Origin: a virus
Strand: one strand, 5' to 3'
Length of the DNA stretch: 64,000 nt
Virus record (IMG/VR): IMGVR_UViG_3300009506_000008
Location: 1-64,000 of that record
The notes under the pieces are model-generated. The model searched no databases and was not told where the DNA came from. It saw only the letters and a list, made by a program, of their open reading frames with translations. The position numbers and the translations under genes were made by a program. Each line of letters begins with the position of its first letter. Within the stretch, counting starts at the first letter, position 1. This document shows, in pieces, positions 18,713-27,930 of the stretch.

Positions 18713-19314
18713 CCATCCCTCCTTTGACTCCAGCGATACACGGCAACCCGTTGGAAGTGCTCGCCCCCGCTCTCGATCCGTTCTATGGTGCAGCGGTGGG
18801 TTTTGCTGAACTCGTCCGGTGGCCTGTACGCTAGACACTCTCTGAGTTTCTCACTGTGAACGCACGCACCTTGACCCCCGTTTACATGGTATGTCGCGCT
18901 GAACGACACCCTGGTTCCTTTCTTCTTGGTGCGAGACATAGCTTTCCACTCCTCTCTTTTGTAGCTCCATCGGTGTGTCTTGACGTGCGTACCGTCATCG
19001 TTTCCATGCAGTTCTACTATGAACATCGGGCGACCTAGAACACGCAAGGACTCGTCTGGAGTCTGGAGGATCGACTGGAGCTTGCTCGCCGGTCCAGAAA
19101 ACAACGCCTCCGCGCCCTCGAAACGATACACACCAGCATACTCTGGTTTATCTAAGCATCTTTGAAATGCAGCGTCAAGGTCCTCCTCTTGCCTGTCGGA
19201 GGGATGCTTGGAGATCGGTGTTCGTGATGGGAACGCTTCCTTGATGCGTTCCATCAGTCCCCCGGTCTTCCTCCTGTAGATGCGCTCTTTGGCTTTTACG
19301 AGTCCCAAGGCCAT
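18541..19314 (-). CDS. Protein with two RWSxxRxxW modules and a probable internal start at 18939
   Basis: HRWSYKREEW and YRWSQRRDGW; GAGGAG RBS before the internal MSRTKKK. Confidence 0.55.
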   Translation of the reverse strand: MALGLVKAKERIYRRKTGGLMERIKEAFPSRTPISKHPSDRQEEDLDAAFQRCLDKPEYAGVYRFEGAEALFSGPASKLQSILQTPDESLRVLGRPMFIVELHGNDDGTHVKTHRWSYKREEWKAMSRTKKKGTRVSFSATYHVNGGQGACVHSEKLRECLAYRPPDEFSKTHRCTIERIESGGEHFQRVAVYRWSQRRDGWVGLLGQEKGKVVVPPRHTTTTSGSDVEPQRTSPRRTRFPKPKGKVPHRRSGLLIG

Positions 19315-20522
19315 GTTCCCAACTCTTCCATCTGTAGCATCGCCAGCTTGTGTTCTAGCAACGCATCCATTCCGTTGTAGATCAATAGCTCATTGAGGGG
19401 AGCTTGGCGAATCCTGTTGAATCCGTTCGCTCCGTCTTTCTTGGGAGCTTCCAGATAGGGTTGGATGTGGGAGGCGTAATCTCTGATCCCGAACCGGACA
19501 TAGGCTTGAAACTTTAGTCCGGTGATATCCGGTCTGTTGTCCAAGACGTGTGCCGCGAGCATCGAATCCCAAGCCCAGTTCTCCACCGAGCAACCCAAGC
19601 GCACTTTTGTCCATACGTCCTCGAACTTCATATTGTGCGCGGCCTTCCTTGTCTTCGGGTTCGAGAGTAGCTTTGCCAACGACGCCATCGCCCCTGTCAC
19701 GAGAGGAAAGGCAAAGGTCCGCTTCCCGTCCGAGACTGCGCATGAAAAGATGGCATGTCCCTTGTTGTATGGCTTAAGACCGGTCGTCTCATAATCGAAC
19801 GAGAAGAAGTCTGGCCGGAATCCTCTCAGCGCCTTTCGGATCTTCGACGGTTCCCTGATGACCTCGATCTGTGACCTTTCGTTGATGTTCGGGGGAGGCA
19901 GTTCATTCAACAGGGAGATGGCAGCGGCGAGGTCTTGTTCAAATATCGTCTTGACTACGACTTCTGGGTGTTTGTTCTTGGGAGAGATACTGCGTTGAAC
20001 GTAACTAGGATGGAAGGTGGGCGCTATCCAACAGTTGAGATCCCTGTCGGGAATCTTCCATCCCCTCCATTTGGAGATCGGGCCGGGGGACTCCGTCAAA
20101 TGGTACAGGAACAGGGAACGGATCGCTGTTCCTCCCATGGGCATGATGAGCTTAGGTTTGAACCTCTCAATCTCTGCCCATACCTTGGGATGACAATACA
20201 TGATCTCCTTATCGGTAGGCTTGCGGTTATCTGGCGGTCTGCAACAGATCGCGTTGATTTTCCTACAGTCCCGATTCAGGTCTATCCCGCAGTCCTTGAG
20301 AGCCCTTCGGAGGTAGCGACCGGCCTTGCCAACGAACTGCTGACCTAGCTTGTCCTCTTCTTCTCCCTGAGCTTCCCCTAGAATCAAGATTCCTTTCTCG
20401 CCATCTCCCGTTGCGTCCATCTTCGGGATGTTGCATTCCTTCCAAAGACCGCATCCCCCGCATCCTGGGGCCCGTCTTTGGGGTTTTGTTGCTCGAACCT
20501 CGTCAGCGGCGAATAGTCCCAT
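19296..20522 (-). CDS. Family 4 uracil-DNA glycosylase-like domain fused to a PolA-type 3'-5' exonuclease
   Basis: CGGCGL, ILGEAQG, FVGKAG, CRPPDNRKP and TFHPSY, then FDYETTGL, HNMKFED, DSMLAAH and YNGMD. Confidence 0.9.
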   Translation of the reverse strand: MGLFAADEVRATKPQRRAPGCGGCGLWKECNIPKMDATGDGEKGILILGEAQGEEEDKLGQQFVGKAGRYLRRALKDCGIDLNRDCRKINAICCRPPDNRKPTDKEIMYCHPKVWAEIERFKPKLIMPMGGTAIRSLFLYHLTESPGPISKWRGWKIPDRDLNCWIAPTFHPSYVQRSISPKNKHPEVVVKTIFEQDLAAAISLLNELPPPNINERSQIEVIREPSKIRKALRGFRPDFFSFDYETTGLKPYNKGHAIFSCAVSDGKRTFAFPLVTGAMASLAKLLSNPKTRKAAHNMKFEDVWTKVRLGCSVENWAWDSMLAAHVLDNRPDITGLKFQAYVRFGIRDYASHIQPYLEAPKKDGANGFNRIRQAPLNELLIYNGMDALLEHKLAMLQMEELGTWPWDS

Positions 20523-21554
20523 CTAGTCCTCCTGACGCTCCGCAGCTTTCGTCATAACGTGAGTGAAGTTCTCCCCCTCGAACTTGAGAAGGTCGTCGCC
20601 CACGATCACATCCTGCAACCGTACCATGATCTGGGCGAGGAAGTCGGGGGACACGTCGAACTCCAAAGTGCTGCTGAGTTCGGACTTCGACTTGACCTTC
20701 TCCTCCAGCCATCCCGTGTCCCCTTCCCCTCGAACCTGGATGAACTTCGAGGCTACTCGGATGGTGACCCGTTCGTCGTAAGCGAAGTCTGTGGCCTTGG
20801 AGAAAATCTTCGCCCTCTCGATGACGTCGATCAGTTCCTTCGGTAGAGTGATCCTCTCGCCCTCTACTTGCAGAACCTTGGACATATCAGGGTACGTTTC
20901 GTCCATCGTTCGGCACGAGAAGATGGTATCCTCGTCTGTCTTGAAGTGCGCCCAACCGAACGTGACAGCGTAGGATGTGGGCTTGTACTTGGTGATCTCC
21001 CTCGCCGCTCCGATGGGTAGCAGGATCGGTTGGTCGAACTCTCCGTCATCCGCAAAGGCATACTCGGTGACGCGGAGGTCGTCGCTGGATTGCGCAACTC
21101 CCCCGGTCAGGAAGATGCACATCAGCACAGGCTTCGTCATGTCCGTACCGCAAGAGAACAGGCAGAACTTGACACCCTCCACGAAGTCGCCGGGCAGTTC
21201 CTTCCAATCCTTCTTCTTGGGCAGGTCGATCTCAGTGAGAGGCAGTTTGATCTCTGCTTCCAACCGGATTCCTGCTTTCATGCGTTTCCCTTTGATCTGG
21301 AACTCCGATGCCGTCGCGGAGATGTCCAGTTCCTCGTCCTTCGACTTGGACAGCGTTGAGAACAGTTCCTCAGCTTGCACGGCGCCAGATGCTACGACTT
21401 CAGTGGGATGCGAGATACTGATCTCGTCATTGTAGGTGTACACTCTGCCGTTCTGGAACGCGAAGCATACGGACTGCTCCACTACTTCCTTGGTAGCGAG
21501 TCCCGGCTTTACCATCCTCAGGACTTCCAGCAACTTCTTTCGTTTGACGATCAT
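20523..21554 (-). CDS. DNA polymerase III beta sliding clamp-like protein
   Basis: 343 aa three-domain length; KPVLMCIF, SSDDLRV and YPD resemble beta-clamp motifs; DnaX encoded nearby. Confidence 0.75.
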   Translation of the reverse strand: MIVKRKKLLEVLRMVKPGLATKEVVEQSVCFAFQNGRVYTYNDEISISHPTEVVASGAVQAEELFSTLSKSKDEELDISATASEFQIKGKRMKAGIRLEAEIKLPLTEIDLPKKKDWKELPGDFVEGVKFCLFSCGTDMTKPVLMCIFLTGGVAQSSDDLRVTEYAFADDGEFDQPILLPIGAAREITKYKPTSYAVTFGWAHFKTDEDTIFSCRTMDETYPDMSKVLQVEGERITLPKELIDVIERAKIFSKATDFAYDERVTIRVASKFIQVRGEGDTGWLEEKVKSKSELSSTLEFDVSPDFLAQIMVRLQDVIVGDDLLKFEGENFTHVMTKAAERQED

Positions 21555-22273
21555 GTGCTCTCCTTTGCCATTTGACGGAATCCCTCGGAGGCGATCACCA
21601 CGTCCTCGGGAGTAAGGGCAGTCAGTACGCCGCGACTCCACCGGAACTTCACCTGGCCTTCCATCACCTGTATGATCTCGACCATCTTGAACTCGATCCG
21701 GTTGACGGCTTTCTGATCTTCGGCTAGCTTCTTCTGCTTGGACTTCTTGTCCAACTTAGGGTTGCTCGTGATGACGCACTCTTCTCCGTCATCGTTGATG
21801 TAGAACGCCTTGAATCCCGAACTCTTGACCTTCAGGTGCCCTTCTCCTAGCACCGGCTCGTTGAGAATGATCTGTATGTCTGGTCGGGCTTCCTTCAACT
21901 GTTCTATGTCCAAGTTGATGCTAGCTTGAAGATGCCCGACGAATTTCCACTGCTCCATCATCCATACGTTCTTCCCCTTCATCGCGAGGGATTTGGGAGG
22001 GGGTGGAGGAGGCTTGCGCCGCTTCGCGATGATGTCTTCCAATCGAGGAGCCATGTGAACGTTTCGTTTTTCCTCCATGACCACGGTTGCCGTCGGTTTG
22101 TGTATCACGAGACAGTGATTGTTGGAGAGGTGCGAGGTCACTGCTACGTAGTCAGGACCCAGGGCTTCGTTTACCAATTCGTGGATACGCATTGCCGGAA
22201 CCGGCTTGGATTTCTTCTTCTTCAGTTCCACCACAGGAACGTCTGTCAGTCTTCCTTTCTCTCTTTCGGCCAT
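21551..22273 (-). CDS. Hypothetical protein
   Basis: 240-aa coupled ORF with a poly-Pro linker. Confidence 0.6.
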   Translation of the reverse strand: MAEREKGRLTDVPVVELKKKKSKPVPAMRIHELVNEALGPDYVAVTSHLSNNHCLVIHKPTATVVMEEKRNVHMAPRLEDIIAKRRKPPPPPPKSLAMKGKNVWMMEQWKFVGHLQASINLDIEQLKEARPDIQIILNEPVLGEGHLKVKSSGFKAFYINDDGEECVITSNPKLDKKSKQKKLAEDQKAVNRIEFKMVEIIQVMEGQVKFRWSRGVLTALTPEDVVIASEGFRQMAKEST

Positions 22274-22437
22274 TTGGTCCTCCTGCTGGGCTGCGCTGCC
22301 TCTTTCTTGAACTCGAACTTCAGTACCTCTTTGGGTGCCCTGTCATAGAATGTGTGGAGCGTTCCAAATTCGTACTGGTCGAGTCGCGGATCTGAAGCGC
22401 ATTTGTCAGCAATGCTTCCGGCGAGATAGATGATCAT
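22246..22437 (-). CDS. Hypothetical protein beginning MIIYLAG
   Basis: Coupled to the stop codon of the DpdA-like gene. Confidence 0.5.
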   Translation of the reverse strand: MIIYLAGSIADKCASDPRLDQYEFGTLHTFYDRAPKEVLKFEFKKEAAQPSRRTKWPKERKED

Positions 22438-23360
22438 ACCAGTCTCAGGCTCCTCCTCACCGGCGGTTTCGAGCGAAAGAAAGGCCACGGCCACGTCGGC
22501 AGTGTCCTAGCAAACTCCAGGTAAAAACGAGCATTGAGAGAACCACGAATGTAATGATCATTGAACACTCCTTTCTCCACGACTTCCTCGTGTTTTGTAT
22601 TGGTTAGTTTATCGTAGGAGGTATGAGAAACGCCCTTTTGGAATCCTGTGTCCGCGAGGTATTGGTCCACGAGTTTGTGGTACTGAACCTTGGCGAGATG
22701 CTCCCCTCCGATATGGCCGCTTGGATTTCTCTTTCGATGCGCAACTTGAATAAAGTGAGGACTCTCTGAATAATTCCAGCTCTCTCCTCGGCGCTGAGGG
22801 ACGAGCAAGGTTCCTCTAACCGTATGGAGAAGCCAACTTGTTGAATCGACACTGTACCAAGGGTAACGTTGCATGATTGGGAAGGAGGTGATTGCAAAGC
22901 CGTGTACTCTAGCTTTGGGGAGATGGTCTCTCCCGCCGCAAATGATGTGAAACGCGCCATCGGCCCATTCTGTGTACTGGTTTCTATGAACCTCTTGGCC
23001 AAGTCCTCCAAGTGCAATGTATTCGTAGCCACGATTGATATACCTCCGTAGGTACTTGAGTGGAGTGCCGTAGTGAATGACAGGTATCGGTCGGACCCCG
23101 TACCTCCTTTCCAAGTAGCGTTGAGCCTTGTGTGACAGCTTCGGATCGAATATCACATCAACGTTCGCATAGACTGTGACCTCGGGATGCTGTTGGATAA
23201 ATTCTCCGTACGCATCCAAGTAGAGGTAGAACTCCCGAGTGGTATAGAAATCATACCCATGTTTGTGCTGTTGCTCAATGACGAAGCGGGAATACAGTCC
23301 ATGGGCGCCGGAGTCCAAGAAGAGTAGCTTTCCTGGAACTCCCATCCGTTTCTTGCTCAC
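22434..23360 (-). CDS. dpdA: DpdA-like DNA-guanine transglycosylase (TGT fold)
   Basis: LFLDSGA, NVDVI, PIPVIH, IALGGL, VHGFA, PWYSVDSTSW; clustered with folE, queD and queE. Confidence 0.8.
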   Translation of the reverse strand: MSKKRMGVPGKLLFLDSGAHGLYSRFVIEQQHKHGYDFYTTREFYLYLDAYGEFIQQHPEVTVYANVDVIFDPKLSHKAQRYLERRYGVRPIPVIHYGTPLKYLRRYINRGYEYIALGGLGQEVHRNQYTEWADGAFHIICGGRDHLPKARVHGFAITSFPIMQRYPWYSVDSTSWLLHTVRGTLLVPQRRGESWNYSESPHFIQVAHRKRNPSGHIGGEHLAKVQYHKLVDQYLADTGFQKGVSHTSYDKLTNTKHEEVVEKGVFNDHYIRGSLNARFYLEFARTLPTWPWPFFRSKPPVRRSLRLV

Positions 23361-23590
23361 GAGAAATCCTCCACCAGAACAGTCTTGCCGTTGGGTAGCT
23401 TCGATTCCCGCATCTTGAGGATGACAAGAAGGCCCTCCAGTCCTGCATCATTGCCTATGTCTACTTCATATAGGGAGTGTGGAATCATGTCTCTCCCTGT
23501 GAAGTAGGCTTGGGCAATTCTCCTGGAGGAAGCAGCCACGATCCCGAGGCAGTGCCCGTCGAAGTCAAGCGCCTTGTAGACTTTCTTCAT
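23357..23590 (-). CDS. Hypothetical protein
   Basis: Coupled ORF. Confidence 0.5.
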   Translation of the reverse strand: MKKVYKALDFDGHCLGIVAASSRRIAQAYFTGRDMIPHSLYEVDIGNDAGLEGLLVILKMRESKLPNGKTVLVEDFS

Positions 23591-23970
23591 GTCAGGTCTT
23601 CCATTCCGTCCAGGAGAACATCATCAAATCCGTTCGCCCAGACGATGGCTCCGTTTTCCCCGTCCTCGAACACCGACACCCTGTTGGCACAGAACTTGTT
23701 GATGATGCAGTTCGCCATCATCTCACAAGACAAAGCTCCCAAGTCCTTCCTGTCCCAGGTATTCTGAAGCCAGTCGTCTAAGAGTTCCTTCTGGCGGATG
23801 AACTCGATGTCCCGATTGTTGTGCGTGACGTGGAACCACGCTTCGACGTGGAACTCGTGTCGGTGTGGATGTTTGAGGTACTCTTTCCCCTCGATGTCGC
23901 AATCCGGCCAATGATGGATTGCCGCGAACCTCGTTCTCACTACCACGTAAGCCGTTCGTGTCCTATTCAT
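23587..23970 (-). CDS. QueD paralog, DpdL-like (predicted CDG decarboxylase)
   Basis: T-fold-like with LKHPHRHEF (LxxxHRHxF) in place of the QueD CxxxHGH; SCE and EDGENGA motifs. Confidence 0.7.
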   Translation of the reverse strand: MNRTRTAYVVVRTRFAAIHHWPDCDIEGKEYLKHPHRHEFHVEAWFHVTHNNRDIEFIRQKELLDDWLQNTWDRKDLGALSCEMMANCIINKFCANRVSVFEDGENGAIVWANGFDDVLLDGMEDLT

Positions 23971-24503
23971 GAGTATCTATCCTTGTTGAGTACGATGAAC
24001 TTTGCAATCGTTTGGAGGTCTACCGGGCGATACCCCCAACAGTCTACTCCCACATCCATCGAGAGCCCGTAGGGACGGTTGACAAAGGACCCGTGAACGT
24101 GTCCGTACAAATGCCAACTGCCGTACCCTTTACTCGGCCAAGCCCGATGGGGGTAGTGAGAGAGGAAAATGTGTGCCTTCAGGTCCTCCTCTTTGATCTT
24201 AACCATCGAGGTATCTTTCACCCAGACTACTCTTCCACCGGCTCTGAACAAGGACCTCTTCCACCTGTGATCGTGGTTACCTAGAATCAGATGGAGCCGC
24301 CCGTTGAGCTCCCGAAGATACCGCACGGGATGCTTCCAAGCGAAGTCTCCCAAAATGTACACGTTGTCTTCGGGCTTGACTAGCCGGTTGTGATTCTCCA
24401 GCAGAGCGGCGTCCATTTCCTCGACGGTGCTGAACGGTCTGTTCGCATACTCAAGGATGTTCGCGTGCCCGAAGTGGTGGTCTGCCGAGAACCAGTATTT
24501 CAT
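23967..24503 (-). CDS. Calcineurin-like metallophosphoesterase
   Basis: ADHHFGH, LGD, GNHD, SHYP, GHVH, DVGVD. Confidence 0.9.
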   Translation of the reverse strand: MKYWFSADHHFGHANILEYANRPFSTVEEMDAALLENHNRLVKPEDNVYILGDFAWKHPVRYLRELNGRLHLILGNHDHRWKRSLFRAGGRVVWVKDTSMVKIKEEDLKAHIFLSHYPHRAWPSKGYGSWHLYGHVHGSFVNRPYGLSMDVGVDCWGYRPVDLQTIAKFIVLNKDRYS

Positions 24504-25711
24504 AGGAATCCTACGCCAGGTTCTCCCGTAAAGAGAGGGTCATAATCGGGAACGAGTCTGTCATCGTCATGTCGCATGACTTGCAGCATCCGCTCCCAGG
24601 AGCGGTCAAATGGTTCGTAGACCCATCTGAATGTGTCTACGGTGAAGTCCTCGGGCCGCGCATCCCTCTTGTCGATCCATTGAATGATCCGGTTCGCCGC
24701 TCCGTAGACATCCCCCTTTGGATACATCAACGTCGAAAACTTGAGAACCTCGGGAAACGACAACCAGTAGGGGTAGACCGGGATACACCCCATCGTAGTT
24801 GCTTCCAACAACGTCCATGATACAAAGTCCTGGTGGGCGCAGTTGAATTGTACCGATGACTCCAACAAGTTCTCGTAGTATTGCTCCTTGGTCTGTCCTA
24901 CCCTGACGTCGATGACATCCTTGCCGTACACTTTGAGCGCAGTATCCAGCAAGTACAAAAGCCTCGGATTGTTTGACCGCATCTGGGAAGCGGAAGTGGT
25001 AATGACGAACTTGATATCGTCCCGTCCTCGGCTTGATACGATCTCTCCGATCACGTTCAGGAAGAAACCGGGGTCTTTCTCCTTGTCCCAGCGAGACGAC
25101 CAGATCACCTGTTTCTTCCTCTTGGTAGGACGAACCGCCCTAGTATCCACGTGAGTCATGACTTCCTTGGAATTGTAGGGCAGTCCTGTCAAATGGACTG
25201 TATCCTCGTCGCCAATTCCCGCGTAGACACACAGGTCACGGAGGCACGTTGACGTGACGAAGATGCCGGACAGGCACTTGGCGTTACCTAGCTCGAAGTG
25301 CCGCATCCAATGTCGCATCGGGTACGTGAAATCGTGGATATCGACACTCTGCGCGTGGAGCATCGCGTACATGCGCGGGTGGACGTGCATAAGATCGAAA
25401 GCGTACTGCAACGCCTCGATCCCAGGGTGCCAAAAGTCATCGAAGTAAAACACGTCGTTGGAACTGATCTCTCCGTCGTTCAGGAGTCGCAGTGCTTCTT
25501 GGACCTGGGATAGCGCCCAGTAGCCACGCCCGCAGGCGTCAAGTACAGAACCAACCGTGATCTCCTTGTTGAGAGAAGATCCCTCAATGCGTCGGTAATC
25601 GACTCCATGTTCTCTCCAGTTGCGTTCGAGCCACCCGTCCTCGGCTTTGCTGAGTTGGACGGTGTATCGCTCTGGATAGGGCTCAAGGGGAAAATACCAA
25701 AGTCGTCGCAT
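24500..25711 (-). CDS. GT-B fold (GT4-like) glycosyltransferase
   Basis: SSRWDKEKDP, YYENL, SWTLLEATTMGCIPV, SFPEVL donor-binding motifs. Confidence 0.75.
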   Translation of the reverse strand: MRRLWYFPLEPYPERYTVQLSKAEDGWLERNWREHGVDYRRIEGSSLNKEITVGSVLDACGRGYWALSQVQEALRLLNDGEISSNDVFYFDDFWHPGIEALQYAFDLMHVHPRMYAMLHAQSVDIHDFTYPMRHWMRHFELGNAKCLSGIFVTSTCLRDLCVYAGIGDEDTVHLTGLPYNSKEVMTHVDTRAVRPTKRKKQVIWSSRWDKEKDPGFFLNVIGEIVSSRGRDDIKFVITTSASQMRSNNPRLLYLLDTALKVYGKDVIDVRVGQTKEQYYENLLESSVQFNCAHQDFVSWTLLEATTMGCIPVYPYWLSFPEVLKFSTLMYPKGDVYGAANRIIQWIDKRDARPEDFTVDTFRWVYEPFDRSWERMLQVMRHDDDRLVPDYDPLFTGEPGVGFL

Positions 25712-25712
25712 G

Positions 25713-26060
25713 TCATTCGTCCTCCTCCAGTTGCATCTTGAAGATGCGCAGTTGAAGTGCCTCAATTTCACTCCGGTAGCGTTCCGCTTCCTCCGAGACG
25801 TTCTTGAATGCCCTCGTCAGTTTATCCGTAGTGGCTGTGAAATCTGTCGTTACCTTTTTGAGTCTCTCCGCAATGGTCGCCTCCTTTTCTCTCCAATAGG
25901 AGACACAGGTGACGGGGTAGCCTTGACACAGATACCGGATCTTCATGCTGAATTCGGAGCGGACTTGTGACGCGTTCGGTTTGCCACACAGTTCGCACGG
26001 TTCGTTGGTAACCTCTCTCAGCAGATCGTACACTTCGGGTGGAACTTCCTGTTTGGCCAT
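25713..26060 (-). CDS. Zn-finger/coiled-coil hypothetical protein
   Basis: CELC...C...C followed by a coiled coil. Confidence 0.55.
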   Translation of the reverse strand: MAKQEVPPEVYDLLREVTNEPCELCGKPNASQVRSEFSMKIRYLCQGYPVTCVSYWREKEATIAERLKKVTTDFTATTDKLTRAFKNVSEEAERYRSEIEALQLRIFKMQLEEDE

Positions 26061-26482
26061 CAGAACAACTCCTCAGGATCGCACCCGCCGTTGAGAGGAT
26101 CGTTGTCCAACAACGGCAAAAGCATCCCCAAGTTGCGCAAGGCGTCGATAGCAAACTTGAACTGGGACCGACAGTTCGCCAACTGTTGGCTTAGTTCCTC
26201 CCGTTCCTTCTCGACCACCTGAATCTCCCGTCCCCTGTCCACCATCGGTAGTACCTGGTCGACGAGTTCCTCTAGTGATTCTTTTTGCCCAAGCCGGTCG
26301 TCATGCGGAAACCGGCGGGCTTCCCAATCGGGAATCGGGCCATGAACCGCGAGGCGTAACCGTTCCCACTGTGCTCTGAGATCCCGTTCATCCTCCTTGA
26401 TTTTCTTGTCGAGGTCAAGAATCCGACCCCTCAACCTCGTGATCTCTTCCTGTAGTTCCTTCTTGGTCTGCTCTTTGCTCAT
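26060..26482 (-). CDS. Coiled-coil hypothetical protein
   Basis: Coupled ORF with heptad repeats. Confidence 0.55.
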   Translation of the reverse strand: MSKEQTKKELQEEITRLRGRILDLDKKIKEDERDLRAQWERLRLAVHGPIPDWEARRFPHDDRLGQKESLEELVDQVLPMVDRGREIQVVEKEREELSQQLANCRSQFKFAIDALRNLGMLLPLLDNDPLNGGCDPEELF

Positions 26483-26483
26483 G

Positions 26484-27116
26484 TCACAATTCCTCGTCCC
26501 CGTCGTACATGGGATCACTCAGAAAGTTATGGTACCTCTTGCCGGTAGCAATGTCGTACCAGTCCATGTCCTGTTGTGCCACTATCTTGAACCCGTCGAT
26601 GTAGACTCCTTGCATTGGCTTGGCGTCGGTGTAGGACGTATGAACGATGTACGCACTGCGTTTCAGGAAGTCCGGGGCGTGCTCGATCTCCATCACGTCG
26701 ATTATCTCGATCACGATGCGGTAGTTCATGCGTATGAGAGTGACCGCAACGTCGCAGTGTGCGGGGTTGAGGCCTGTCTCATATCCGGCACCAAAATACA
26801 CACGCCGAATATCAGGATTCTCTCTCAAATGGCTCCTGATTTCTCGCGGGTTAATGGCAGGTGAACCGGAGGGAACGAACAGGGTGACGGTGCCCCGTTC
26901 TGGACCTTCTACTTCATGTCCGATGAACAGACTGTGCTTCTTCTCTACCAAGGGATTATTCCGTATCCCTTGGAAGAACCCGGACAGGGTTTTCCAGCAC
27001 TCGTCACAGTCCTCCGTTGACATAGGATCGAGCCCGGAATTCAATCGGTTAGGGTTGATGTGCTGATCTACGTAGTCATACCACTCTTCCTTGGAACAGA
27101 AAGGATCTTTGCTCAT
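26484..27116 (-). CDS. Hypothetical protein in the deazaguanine cluster
   Basis: FIGHEVEGPERGTVTLFV and RVYFGAG alpha/beta core; N-terminal module duplicated in the upstream ORF. Confidence 0.6.
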   Translation of the reverse strand: MSKDPFCSKEEWYDYVDQHINPNRLNSGLDPMSTEDCDECWKTLSGFFQGIRNNPLVEKKHSLFIGHEVEGPERGTVTLFVPSGSPAINPREIRSHLRENPDIRRVYFGAGYETGLNPAHCDVAVTLIRMNYRIVIEIIDVMEIEHAPDFLKRSAYIVHTSYTDAKPMQGVYIDGFKIVAQQDMDWYDIATGKRYHNFLSDPMYDGDEEL

Positions 27117-27292
27117 CTCGGCCTCCTGTTGATCTCCTCTCGTGACCTTCGGAAGATGTTGTTCAAGGTAGAACGGAACTCTTCGCTTTGCTCAGGCGTC
27201 AATGGAGACAGTCCCCTCCTTTCTCGTTCCGGGTTGACGCAGTTCGCTATGTACCTGTCCCAGCTCTCCTTGGGATACATTTCCTCGCTCAT
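27113..27292 (-). CDS. 59-aa protein paralogous to the N-terminus of the next gene (not in the ORF track)
   Basis: MSEEMYPKESWDRYIANCVNPERERRGLSPLTPEQSEEFRSTLNNIF...; ATGA overlaps at both ends. Confidence 0.7.
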   Translation of the reverse strand: MSEEMYPKESWDRYIANCVNPERERRGLSPLTPEQSEEFRSTLNNIFRRSREEINRRPR

Positions 27293-27843
27293 CGTATCGC
27301 CTGCATCAACTCCGCTCGGGCAGCGGGATCTGTCTTGAATGATCCCCGAAGATGGTTAGACACCATGATGGAGTGTTGCTTACTGACTCCTCTCATCCTC
27401 ATGCAAAAATGCTCTGCCTCAATTATACACGCGGCAGCGATTGGCGTTAGGTGCTGCATGAGAGTGTCTACCACTTGGTTCCCTAGTCTCTCCTGGACCT
27501 GTAGCCTGCGGGCGAATATCTCCAAGAGCCTAGCGAGCTTGGATACCCCTATGATTTTCCCCTCAACAGGGATGTAGGCAATGTGAGCCTTCCCGACGAA
27601 GGGGAGCATATGATGCTCGCACATCGAGTACAGCTCAACGTTCTTGAGAAGGACCATCTCGTCATGTCCCTCCCCGTCAAACGTCTTGAACACATCTGCG
27701 GGGTTCTTGTTGTAGCCAGAGAACAGTTCATCCCATGACCGTACGACACGGGAAGGCGTTTCTATCAACCCATCTCTGTTCGGGTCTTCGCCTATGTGGA
27801 TCAAAAGTTCACGCACGCACGTCTTCTTGTGGTCTATTTCCAT
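27289..27843 (-). CDS. folE: GTP cyclohydrolase I
   Basis: GEDPNRDGLIETPSRV, SMCEHHMLPF, GVSKLAR, LQVQERL, HFCMRMRG. Confidence 0.95.
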   Translation of the reverse strand: MEIDHKKTCVRELLIHIGEDPNRDGLIETPSRVVRSWDELFSGYNKNPADVFKTFDGEGHDEMVLLKNVELYSMCEHHMLPFVGKAHIAYIPVEGKIIGVSKLARLLEIFARRLQVQERLGNQVVDTLMQHLTPIAAACIIEAEHFCMRMRGVSKQHSIMVSNHLRGSFKTDPAARAELMQAIR

Positions 27844-27930
27844 GACCCGTATCCTTCTCAAAGTGGCACCCCCAGTCCGCGAGGGAGCTGGGGGTGCCGG
27901 GTTGGACGGGAGTCGGGGGATGCTCCCGTC

